Assembly (NCBI RefSeq): GCF_006345805.1
Contig: NC_043006.1
Coordinates: 28,520,001-28,584,000 of the forward strand
From: Octopus sinensis
Lineage: Eukaryota
DNA length: 64,000 nt
Direction: 5' to 3'
Positions 13,006 through 26,590 of this stretch are shown here, in pieces; position 1 is the first letter of the stretch, and each line of letters starts with the position of its first letter. A program made the translations under genes and the position numbers. The notes below the pieces were generated by a model. The model ran no database searches. It was not told the DNA's origin and saw only the letters and a program-made list of their open reading frames with translations.

Positions 13006-16000
13006 TACATACACATACATATATAAATAAATGGAGTTAAACGCAGGTGCTATTCAAATTCTTTTACTTCCGACACATGTTTCGAAGATATCACTGGTAT
13101 TATTCCAAAGGAATAAAATGGTGTAAAACAATGTAATCTTTTCTTCAGGGAAGTGAAGAAATGAAACTCGTCAATAAGATATTTTAACAGAAAATGATGG
13201 ATATGTATAGTGATTAACTGAATACTATTAAAATTGTTTCAAAAAAACTTTATAGGATATAACGTCAATGGTAGCCTATAGAAAGAAGAGGGATAAAGGA
13301 AAGAAAAACTAAATAAATGAGAAGTATACAACTATATGTATATTAAATAAAACCATATAGACTTGGAAAAATATATATCTATTGAAAGTGAAATGTAAGA
13401 AGAAAATTAGTGTTTAAATTATATATAATGATAGATATCACTTATATGAACTTTGACATTATATCCTATAACATTTTTTTGAAACAATCTTAATAGCATT
13501 CAGTTAATCACTATACATATCTATCATTTTCTGTCAAAATGTCTTATTGACGAGTTTCATTTCTTCACTTCCCTGAAGAGAAGATTACATTGTTTTACAC
13601 CATTTTATTCCTTTGGAATAATACCAGTGATATCTTCGAAACATGTGTCAGAAGTAAAAGAATTTGAATAACACCTGCATTTAACTCCATTTATTTATTT
13701 ATATATATTATACAAAATATTTCACGTAAACCCGAAGTTTCTACCTTACTTGTGTGAGTTTTTGCTACCCTGGTAACTATTTATATATTTTTTCCATGTT
13801 AATTGTTAACAAGGAAAAATACACACATCTATTTACACACACACACGTACATATCATATGTTGTCTTTGACAGGATAATCCCTCATATATATATATAGTA
13901 TGCACACATATCACACACTGAACATATGTTTGAAAAGTTGAACAAGGTGGTGCATTGTTTACTAGCTACTCTAGTATGGACTCAACCATGGCAGATGAAA
14001 CAAACTAAAGATATATGAAGTAAGAACAGCATGACATTTTCGTCAAGCATTATCCCATTTTCAAATAATAACTGTCTCTACTTTAGGCTCAAGGCCAATA
14101 ATTTTTAGTGAAAGTGGCTAGTCAACCATGAACCTTCATATTTGACTGGTACTTTATTTTATCAACTCTGGAAGGACAAGAAGTAAAACTGGACTCAGCA
14201 GGATTTGAACTCAGAATAAAGAGCGTACAAAAATACCACAAGGATTTTCTGCCAACACTGTAATGATTTTGCCAGCTTACTTTATTTCATACTGTAGTTA
14301 GGATTTGAGATTGAATCCCTGGATAGGCAATCAGACATTACAAGCAAACTACCATAGTTTCATGCAATTGGTCTATTAACTGAAGTAATTATTTGGAGAG
14401 GTTTGATAAGCATTCTAGAATTTGACTTCTGGTCCCCAATAAAAACTGTTTGGCATGTATTTTTACCAACCCAAGAAAATGGCTAAAACAGATGGTAGAG
14501 ACAGATGATGGGAATCTTCATCACTGTGAATACAGCACAATTGCTTCTAGTTATGTTGGGCAAGCCATATATTGCCATATCAATAGCTTACAGTAACATC
14601 CAAGCAGTATCTCTCTCCCAGTATGTAATTATTGCTGTTATCTATAAAAGGCCAATGCAGTTTGTCTTTATGTGTAATAATAAAAATTTTCTGTGAAATG
14701 TTTGGGGAATATTTCATTTACTTCTACGTGTAGCCCAAGAGACATATTTTCATTCAACTTTACAAGTCACCACCACAGACCAACCCACAACCATAGGCCA
14801 CAACATTTCTATTGCTTTCAAATGATAATGGTAATAGAACTTACTTTCAACCGTATACCATTTCCCATTACAAATGGTCATATTGCGTTGTGAATTTATT
14901 TTGGCAGTGAATTCATTACCTTCATTATTAGCAGTAGCATAAATCTGAAAAAGGTTAAGGAAAATAATATTTAATAAAGTCAGGAATAGATACAGACACA
15001 TACAGATATATAAATAAATAAATATATATATATATATATATATTCTCTGTATACTGGCATAGATTGTTAGTTTTTCCAGAAGTCAGATACAAAAATCCCT
15101 TTGCAAGATCTCAAAAATTATCTCCTTCTTTGCCAAGCAGAGCCTGCATTATATGCCATTATATAGCATTACTGATATTATATACCAATACCTACCATTA
15201 TAAAGCAATATACACTGTTACAGATTTTATACAGCATTATCTACCAATATTCATATTATACTGTAACATGATTTTTGTCCTTGGACAGCAACTGTTATTT
15301 CCTATCTGCTTACCCCCAGAAAGTATGAAAAATGGCTAATATTTCCTTCAAACTTTGCTTTTGTTACATTTATTCAAACCCCAAAGACTCCATCTCAACA
15401 CATGTCTTTGATGCTCTCCCACTACTCCTGCTCATGATTAGAGATGCACATATTGCCAGTCACTAAGTGACATGTTCAAGTGGTTATGGTCAAGCAACTG
15501 ACAAGCAAATCTGTGGTATTGAGCAGAATATTTACAATAACGATACTTCTGCTTGAGCAGCTTAATGCTGAACCTGGATGTCTGAAATGTAATAGAAAAT
15601 AGGTCAGTTTCAAAACATTGATGTCCAGGTCACAAAAGAATAGTAGTCATTTCCTTTGATTTCTAGATAGAAGCAAATAGGAAACAACACTTACTGACCA
15701 AACAGAAAAAAAAAAATTACAATTTAATTAAATAACACTGCTATTTAATATTTTTTGCTGCATATATCACATATCAGTATATCCCATCACAAATATCATA
15801 GCAATGTACACTGTTATCTTTATATATAAAACTGAAGTTGTGTGTGTGAGAGTCTGTTTACTCCGATTTAGATTCCTAACTACTCCCACATTTTGCGGAG
15901 CAGTTTAACCAAAAGCGGGTATCTTAAAGTCGTGATTCATATCGAGCCCTTCTGGGTATTAGCGTCTACGATGAGTCTATGATTTAAAATAAAAATTAGT

Positions 16001-18490
16001 ATCATTTTTTCGTTTTTTTAATGCATTTTTTACTCAGTTTTATATAAGGGAAGTAACTCTCTAAAAATGCTTATATAGTTATTTCCCTTACAAACCCGAG
16101 CAACGCCGGACGATACTGCTAGTTGATATTAAAAAAAAAAGGTCAAAAGCCCTTCCTCAGCCTTAGGCTCAGGGTTGGATTTAGGCCTATAGAAGCTTAA
16201 AAGATTTTGGTGCCCCTTCAAAATGTAACAATATTAAACCACAAAATTAATGTTTATTTTTGTATACTTCCACTTCATTTATATTTGAAAAGTTTTCTTC
16301 TTTTTTAATTGCAATTCATCTCATGTAACACATCTACTTCTACACTCAGTAGAGATAAGGCATCCCAAATATCATTGTAGCAAGTTTAAAGTGATTTCTT
16401 TAGTGCAGTAGACCATTTACCATTTTTTGGTGCCCCCCTTCCCTTGATTCCCTAAGCACATGCTTATTTTGCTTAAAAGTTAATCCAGTGTTGCATAGGC
16501 TCATAAGGCTAGTTTCCTGGATTCTTTGGTGTATATATCTTCACTTGGATGGGATGCTAGTCTGTCACAGGTTTACTAATTTTTGGTAAATGAGTGAACT
16601 GGAGCAAAGTGAAATGAAGTAGTTTTACCCAAGAGCATACACATCACCCAGTTCAGGAACCGAAACCACAATCTCATGATCAGGACTGCAACACCCTAAC
16701 TACTAAGCCATGTGCCTCCATGTTATTGATATTATATACCAATATATGTCACTTTTGATATACCAATATATATCATTACTGATATACACCAATATGCACC
16801 ATAACATATTATACAACTTTACAGATATTATATACTAACTAGCAGCATAGCCCAGCGTTGCCCGGGTATGAAAGAAACTTTGTCGATAAAACTGATTTTT
16901 TCCAGTAATAACGTATCCTATTGGAATCAAAAGGGCCATATAGCTCCTTGGAGCAGACATGATGCTCGCTGTGAAGTTCAAAGAAAATTCCTGCCAATTT
17001 GTTAAAGATATTGTCGAAAATATGTCATCTTGAATTTGAACGCGATTTCCCAAAATGCCATGATTTTATTGATTTTTTCTGATGTTAAGGTATTGCATGG
17101 AAAACTAACGTCAGAATTAAGTTCCTTGGGGTAACATTAAGCTTCACCATGAGTTTAGTGAAAATCGATTGCAAGTTAATAAAACTACAACGGAAAATGT
17201 GTTGCATATGATAAGCTTAGATTCTCGACCCCATGTCGAATTTATCGATTTTTTTCAGGACTGGATGAACTTTTCAAAATTTTCGCTGCGTTAGTTTTGA
17301 ATTATGACATTGGGCTATGTGTGTGTCAAGTTTCATCAGAATCGGTTGAAAGCCATGGTCAGGGTGAGGATACAACCTGACAGACACACAGACAGACAAA
17401 CTGCCTTTTATATATATAGAGATATAAACTATTATATACCAAAATACATCATTAATGATAGTATATACCAATTACTACTGACATTATATACAAATACACA
17501 CCATTACAGTATTATATACCAATATATATATACATCATTACAGATATTATATACCAATATACAATATTAATGATATTACATACCAATATATATAGCATTA
17601 CAATATTTCATTAATCTCTTCTAACATCTTAATTTTAAGGAAGAATTACTGAAATACTTAGAGTTTGGTTATAAGGAATATTGTCAGAAAAGGGTTAACA
17701 AGTCTGTTGAAAATAAATGGAAACAAAATGGAGAAAGTAAAAATTTAACATACATTTCCATCTTTAAGTCCAATTACTAAATATTCTTTGACAGCATGAA
17801 CAGCAAAGAGAACGCCATTAATAGTCCGAGGTTTCATTTCAAAGGCAACTGTTAGATCAGTTCCAACGTAGAACCGGTCCACTGCAAATGAAAAAGGAAT
17901 AAACATTTAAAATTGTAAATATGAAATTATTTAAAAGAGTAAAAGACAAATTGTAGTGCTCTCTCTCCCTCTCTTTCTGCTTTCCTCTCTCTCGGTGAGA
18001 TGACCTGCTACATGGTGATTCACCTGCTAGAAATAGCAGCCATATGGCTGCTAAATCACATATAACAACTTCAATAGTGGAAAGACTCATTTGATGATAT
18101 TGTCCAAGAAACACTATTTTAGGTAAAAGAAAAACAAGATTAATTATTGAAACTGGAGCCTGCTTGATCAGTGTTAACCAAAGGTTAAACAGCAACAACA
18201 ATGACAAAAATGAAAATAGCAACAACTAAACTACTTAGTGAGGAAGTTTGTTTTGCAACAATACAGCCTTAAGATTGATCATATTCCACAGTCCCTTGAG
18301 CAAGTGTGTTTTCTACAACAGCCTTGAAAGCAGAGTAATTGTACTGAACCTACCACACATGCATGAACGCATACACACATATGTATGTATAGTGTTGTAG
18401 CTGAGAAGCTTCCTTCCAAACCATGTGGGCTCAGGTTCAGACTTACTGCACAACACACTGGACAAGTACCTTCTACTTTGTCTGTCTAGA

Positions 18491-18529
<39 letters not shown>

Positions 18530-20057
18530 ACTACTACTACTACTACTAACAATAATAATAACCCTCTCTATTATAGGTACAAAGCCTGAATTTTTGAGGG
18601 GAAGAGGGGTGCTTAACCGGTGCTTATTTTATTGGCCTAGAAAGGATAAAAGTCAACCACAGCAGAGTTTGAGCTCAGAACATAAAAGACAGATGAAATG
18701 AATTGTAAGACAGATTCTTCAAGCTGAACCATCCAAGTAGGACAAATAGGAGTAGACCGAGAACAAAATGGTTAGATAATGTCCATAGTCTCAGTTGGTC
18801 ACACTTGGGAATCCAATCACAAAGTTCAATTATTGTTACTGCTGATAGGACCTTATGGAGAAGGTGTCTGAGGACTCTACTCCCATGACTCTCCCATAAA
18901 TAGTGGGCAGAGAAGATGGATAGATGGGTGGAATGGGAATGTGAAAGAGAGAAAAAGCATAACTTGATGAGAACCCAAGGTTCAAAACTTAAGGCTGTTC
19001 ANNNNNNNNNNNNNNNNNNNNNNNNNNNNNNNNNNNNNNNNNNNNNNNNNNNNNNNNNNNNNNNNNNNNNNNNNNNNNNNNNNNNNNNNNNNNNNNNNNN
19101 NCGCTCAGAGTAAAAGGTAGACTGTATGACGCTTGTGTACAAACAACCATGCTACATGGCAGTGAAACATGGGCTGTGACTGCTGAGGACATGCGTAAGC
19201 TCGCAAGGAATGAAACCAGTATGATCCAATGGATGTGTAATGTCAGTGTGCATACTCGACAGAATGTAAGTACCTTGAGAGAAAAGTTGGACCTAAGAAG
19301 CATCAGATGTGGTGTGCAAGAGAGACGACTGCGCTGGTATGGTCATGTAGTGAGAATGGATGAGGATAGCTGTGTGAAAAAGTGCCACACCCTAGCGGTT
19401 GAGGGAACCTGTGGAAGAGGTAGGTTCAGGAAGACCTGGGATGAAGTGGTGAAGCACAACCTTCGAACTTTAGGCCTTACCAAGGAAATTACTAGTGACT
19501 GAGACCTTTAGAAATATGCTGTGCTTGAGAAGACCCAGCAAGCCAAATGAGACCATAACCTTGTGGCCTATGCCAGGGGCGTAACCAGCCCACTTGTGCG
19601 TACCTTTTCCTTCTTTGGACACTAAACTCTACTTGCGAAGACCTGTTGAGGCAAGTGAAATCGAAATCAAAATCAAAGTGAAATTCGATGACGGGCACGA
19701 GCACCATCCGAGCGTGATTGTTGCCAGAGCGGCTAACTGGCTTCCATGCTGGTGGCATGAAAGAAGCACCATTCGAGTGGGATCGTTACCAGCATCGCCT
19801 TACTGGCACCTGTGCCGTTGGCATGTATAAAAGAATTTGAGTGAGGTCGTTGCCAGTACCGCCTGACTGGCCCCTGTGCCGGTGGCATGTAAAAGCACCC
19901 ACTATACTCTCGGAGTGGTTGGCGTTAGGAAGGGCATCCAGCTGTAGAAACTTTGCCAGATCAATACTGGAGCCTGGTGCAGCCATCTGGTTCGCCAGCC
20001 CTCAGTCAAACCGTGCAACCCATGTTTGCATGGAAAGAGGACATTAAACGATGATGA

Positions 20058-20094
<37 letters not shown>

Positions 20095-23000
20095 TAGAAA
20101 AACAGGCATAAGGAATATATCTATATGAAATGTATAAAAATCTTGCAAATTGTAAATGCAATTTTTCATATAAATACATTCTGTACATCTGTTATTGTTT
20201 GTCTTTTTACTTTCATATCCACTTGATGATGATTGTTCTTACGACTGATTCTCTTCCTTCACACTACTTAACACCACTGAAGAAGTTGTGGGTTTAAGAT
20301 TCAGATTTATCTGAGCACCACATGGTGTCTCTTTATACCATGCTTACACAAGCATTTGATTGATTAAAGAAAGAAAGATAAACAGACACACACATACACA
20401 TACACATAAAGAGACACACACATACACATACACACACACACACTTGTATATATATTTATTCCATGACCATTAATTTGACAAAATATGTATTCTGTTTTGC
20501 CATAGGCATTGATGGATTAAATATTTTCCCACTCACACACTGTTGGATAATGTTCTATTTCATAGCTGTGGGTTCACCAATACCTTATGAGTGACATTGG
20601 TAGACAGATATTGAAGAAGTTTACTATGTGCGTGTGCGAGTGTTGGATGTCTTCTTGTCTTTATATGCTTGGTTTCTGAAAACAAAGCAGCAGCCTTGTT
20701 ATCAAATACAGGAGTGTTGTATGTTTGCAGTCAACCACAAAAACATGTCAGAGCTTCTTGTTATGTTGTGTGAGCTTTGTAAGCAAAAAAAAGGCTTATA
20801 ACTATGTCTGGACTGTTTTGTTGAACGTCAGACTACAGGATTATTACTTTGCTTGGTAGTAGGTGAGGATTGGCAACAGGAAGAGTATCTAGCCATAGAA
20901 GAAAATTTGCCTCAATGATTTCTGTCTGACTCACACAAACATGGACAAGTGGATATGACGATGATGATATGCAGAGATATACATCTGTTGTGATAGTTAT
21001 TACTTATGTGTAACAATGTATAATTTGGCAGATATAAATGCATGTTTGTGCATTTGTGTGTGTGATTTTAAAACCTAATTCTACAACTGAGCTCCACTCA
21101 AACACATGCATACTTTTTTCTATAGCTTGTGGTCATTTGCACAAACACATAAACACAAAAACATTAGAAAGTTTATTCCACTTACATTGACATTATCAAT
21201 GAACTTCTTAGGTTGTGGTTGGATGCCGCCAACATAGATCTCTTTCTGAACATTGAGCTCTTTCGACTTTCCTTTTCCAGTGAACCGAATTAGGGGTTCT
21301 CGATCGACTTGTAAAGCAGCTTCCTTTTTCTCCAGTTTTATTGACAGCTAAAACAACAAACAATAAGTAATTTTTTCTACTATAGGACAAGGGATGAAAT
21401 TAGAGGAGAGAACTAGTCTGTTACATCAACCCCAGCACTCAGCTAGTACTTATCTGACCACAAAAGGATAAATATACACATCGAGTATTGATAAATAAAA
21501 AGAATAGAGTTTATTTTCACATTTTTGTGGCATTCTACAGAGTGCCGTCAACTAATGTGCTTTCTTTCTAATTTTACTTCATATACTGTGATTAGTAAGT
21601 TTGTATTTTCATGTTGATTAAGTTTTCCATTTTGGTGTTTTTGTAAAATATATAATATCTAACTACAAGACTGTGGTTGGTTGTGGCATATGAGTATGTT
21701 GTTTTATTAATGACATATTCATCTATTTTGTAATTAGGGTGTATCTGGTTCATGTAGTATACTATATACAAATGGTTTGTGTGTTGTTATGGTGAATTGC
21801 ATCTGTTGTATCTGTATTAGTTAATTTGTTCTTATATTGTTATATAACTTGGTTTACCTATCTATTTAGGTATTTGTTATCAACTAATGCTCCTTTCACT
21901 CACAAGATTTCTTTATTTTAAGCTTCTTTGGTGAGCAAAAATTTAAAAATTCCATTGAGAAGGAAATTAGCTGAAGATATTTTACATCTATGGAGACATT
22001 CACTAATCTCTGTGCATATACTGACATTTGTTTATCATTTTTGTGTATATTGTAGTGCTATATGTGTTGTTCTCTATTGCAGCATATATGTATCAAAACA
22101 TGGAGAGGTATAAGGGTCTGAATTTACACTAGAACTATGCGTGGATTGTAAATAGAAGAATAGTATCGTTTTTGATATCATCTTTAAACCTGTCAGCTTG
22201 TGCCTTCATATCTGTTACAGTAAATCAATATATCTAGCAAAGATAATGTGACTATGTATAAGAATGTGCTCTTTTTTTAGATTAACCACATAAAATTCTA
22301 TGAATTAGGCCCAAGTAGAGAAACCATAGATACTGCATCTTCTGTATGTACAGACTAACTTCTGGACAGCCAAGTAAACCCAAATTTTATATAATTGATT
22401 AAGTTTTATATGGCTATCCTAGAAAAAAAAAGCATTATTTTTATACATAGTCACATTATTTTTGCTAGATATATTTACTGTAACAGATATGAAGGCACAA
22501 GCTGACAGGTTTAAAGATGATATCAAAAACGATACTATTCAGTTGTACAGGCTAACAGAAACTTTTTTTAAATGTTTTACGGCATATTAAGTTAAGTGGT
22601 TTCTGCATAGCATATAAGTACATCCTGTTCAAAACTATGCCTATAGTTTCCATACTAGAACATTAGCAAGACCTTCAACAATTATGTTGAAAATGTTGCC
22701 AACTTTGTTGATTTCCTATAGAATTTCTAGGAATTCACCCAATGATTGTATGCTACACCTTTAGTTGACTAAAGACTTATAAGGGAAATTTGGTAAACAG
22801 CAACTGTTTGGAAACCTGCCAGTGAGACTATTTCTGTTTTTGGCAGGGGAATTTCATCTGATAGCAGAACCTGGACATTAAGTGCCTTTAAAAAAAAGTC
22901 TATTCTTTTCTAGAATAAAGTTGATTTTCTCCCACAAGTTTTGGAAGCACTGGAAAAATGTCATAAGTGGATGACCTTTCTCCTTTGATGAAACCATAAA

Positions 23001-23713
23001 GGAAAAACAAATATGTCTATATATGATTACCGTATGCCAATGTCCATCATTGGCTTTTAATGTAGACTGCTGACGGGATGTTCCACCACCACAGTTGAAA
23101 GCAAACACTACATATTCTTTTTCAAGGTAAACAGCTAAGAAGTCATTGTGATTCTTATCTGAGGCATATAGTAGCAGGCCATCTTCCTTTCTGGTATTAA
23201 ATTCTAATGTAATGAAATTTCTGAAATGATAAATCAACAGAGAGTATAAATACTTAGTTAAATAAATAGATAATAATAATAATTGTAAATAAAAAAAAAA
23301 AGGACAGAGGAAGAGGAAGACAAAAAAGAAGATAAAGAAGGAGGACGAAAAACAAAAAAAGAAATACAAACCCTTGAAATTTGAAATAGGAAGAAATTGG
23401 AGCATGAGAACAGTAAAGATCATGCCTATAATAATTGGTGCGTTGGGACAATAAGCCAAAATATAGACAAATGGCTGAAGGAGATTGGAATAGAATGCCC
23501 GGTAGAGCTCCTACAGAAAATTTGTCTCTTGGGGACAGCAAGGATTAATAGGAGGGTACTAAGCATTTGAAAGACAGCTGAAAACTTGTGGATACCTAAG
23601 GTTACAGGTAGCAACTTGCTACCCACATAAATCCTACCAGGAATAAGACCAAACCTGAGACCCCCCCACCACCACCACCACCACCAAAAAAAAATTTAAA
23701 TAATAATAATAAC

Positions 23714-23760
<47 letters not shown>

Positions 23761-26500
23761 TAATCCTTTCCACTAAAGGCACAAGGCCTAAAATTTTGGA
23801 GGGGAGGGGAGGGGACTAGTCAATTACAATCGAACACAGTGTTTCATTGGTAAATTAATTTATTGAAAGGCAAAGTCAACCTCAGTGGAATTTGATCTCA
23901 GAACATACTTCTAAGCATTTCATCCAGCATGCTAATGATTCTGCTAGCTCGCTACCTTAATAACAGTTTCGAATTCTGGCACAAGGCCAGTAAGTTCAGC
24001 GTAGGGGATAAATTGATCACATCAACCCCAAGAATTTGAATTCAGAACGTAAAGATGGATGAAATACAGCTAAGCATTTTGCCCAGTTTGCTAATGATTC
24101 TGCCAGCTCATCACTCAGTAGTAATAATAATAATAACGAGCTTACTGCACACAGTCCTTAGATGCACTATAACTTGTTGGAAAAAAGGAGACAGAAAGCA
24201 GCAAAAAGTAAAGTAAAGAAAAACTAATTAAAGCTAGAAAGTCAAGCGTAGCAGATGGAATAAAACATAAAAAGACAGAAAAGTGAACAGTAACAGAGCC
24301 ACAAAAAGGAAAGGGTACAGAGGTGTGTCAGAAGTAGAGCTGGCAAATTGGAACTTGGAATATTTGAAGTGCACAGTGTCCTGACAGTTAACAAGCAATC
24401 TGAATGGCACAATATGGACGTTCTTAGTTTAATTAACTCTTTAATATTCATATACTAATAAATAAATACATCACACATACATACATATGTGTGCATACAC
24501 ATACATACATATATACCATACCATATCATATCATATACAATTGATATACGAGGTATGTCAGAAAAGTAACAAGACTTATGGTGTTGTGTGAGCTATGAGT
24601 GGGATAGGAATTAGCTGGCTGCATCACCGTATGATGAAATATCCAGTGAGTATATAATGCAATCTCAGGTCTCTGCAACTATTGTGTTTTCTCATGTGCT
24701 TTTTTAAACTGCCAGATCAAGACTGGAGCCTGGTGCAGCCATCTGGTCGCCAGCCCTCAGTCAATACCGTCCAACCCATGCTAGCATGGAAAACGGACGT
24801 TAAATGATGATGACGATGATGATGATGATGATGATGACAATGATGATGACGATGACGATGATGACGATTTTTAGACCATCAAGTAATGAGCACAGTGCAA
24901 TGTACCAACCTGAAGTTTCTGGTCTGATTGGGGAAAGCTCTGTCAGAAGCACTCATACTACTACAACAAGTGTATGGAGATGAGATGTCATGCTCATGGG
25001 TTTTTGAGTGGCACAAGAGATTTAAAGAAGGATGCAAGGACATGGAAGACAACTCCAGGAGCAGAAGACCTTCAATGAGCAGGACTGAGGCTAACATTGA
25101 GCACATGAGACAGGTGGTGGGTAGTGACTGTCAGCTGACTGTTTGACTGATCTCAAGTGAGCTGGGCAAGACAACTTGTGCCAGCTTTACCACAACATAC
25201 TGGCTCACAATGCCCTGAGTATCTGGCAGTTCCTTGTTGAGAAGAACATTACCGTGCCAGAACAACCTCCTGACTCACCTGGCATGGCTCTGTGTGATTT
25301 TTTTCTTTTTCTTCAAGAGTACCCATTTTCCTGATGTGGAAGTCATCAAGAGGGCTGTAATGATGGAGCTGTGAAGAATCCCAGAAGAATCCTTTCGGGA
25401 GCGAATGGAGGCATGGCGGAGAAGGATGGGAATGTGCATTAGACTCAAGGAGGGATTATTTCGAAGGAGAAAACTTGTATACTATAGTTTGGATTTAACA
25501 TAAACTTTTTGTGACCCCAATCTTGTTTCTTTTCTGACACACCTTGTATAAATATAAAAAACTAAATCCATAGTGATTAAGAGCTCAATAACAAGTTGTT
25601 AAACTTCAACACATTATTATATTACAATAAATCCAAGTGGGACTGACTTGATTGTCTATAATAAGCTAAAACAATTTTAGAGAGCAACATATTTTGATTA
25701 AAAGCAGGAAAGCAAAATTTCACTTATAGTTCATACTTTAATTGTGCTAAACTGTTGCTTTGTTAGGAATAAACAAAATTAATTCCTTAATTACATAACT
25801 GTAATACATAATTAAATTAAATTGATTTAAAAGTTCTGTATACCTAAATCCTCAGGAGCAACATATATAGTGCTAATCAGAAAATTGTTATTATATGTAT
25901 GCATATTGCAAGATGTAATTTTACAGGTGTGTGTGCATATAATATTAGTTGAGGATGTATATCAAATGGAATGTCTCCAATTAAAAAACAAAAATATTTA
26001 GATATAGACACTTGTAGATAGGTATACAAGCAACAAAATACTGAAGTAACTGGGGAGAGAGGGAGAGACAGATAGATAGTGTCCTGGAATGTATAGATAC
26101 TGAGAGAAATTACTTACGATACTTTGCTTTGGTGAGGTATTTCAAAATGCCACCAACTGAGGCTTCCTGTGGTGCCAAACCTTTGGCCAGAGATAGATAA
26201 TGACTTTTCAGGGACCTCAGGTAATGCACAATGAGTACTGTTATAGGATGGTATATCTGAAATACAGAAAAACATTTTTAATCAAAATGTGTATTTCATA
26301 AATATTTTCTAAATTAAAAGAAATTCAATACTTTAAATACTAAAATGATTTTAGTCTGTAATTAATTGTATACTTTAATGATAAAATCATGAATTAAAAA
26401 AAAGGAAATTTTAAAAAATAAATGAAAAAGGACAGTGCTTTTCTAAGCCTACCTAAACCTTATAAACTAGGAATATGGCCAGCTGGATACTGTTACATAG

Positions 26501-26590
<90 letters not shown>

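Larger units (their letters stand above)
13022..13700. repeat. Long inverted repeat (~250-bp arms, ~180-bp spacer) with a hammerhead in each arm
   Basis: 13022-13268 is the reverse complement of 13453-13700. Confidence 0.95.

Noticed and set aside
20271-20328. acacca-CTGAAGA...tggtgt possible hammerhead
   Set aside because: Stem I pairs but there is no GAAA or GUH element.
20242-20340. Open frame ending at a gtaaga donor, considered as the missing laminin exon
   Set aside because: No LG motifs, weak acceptor, wrong phase.
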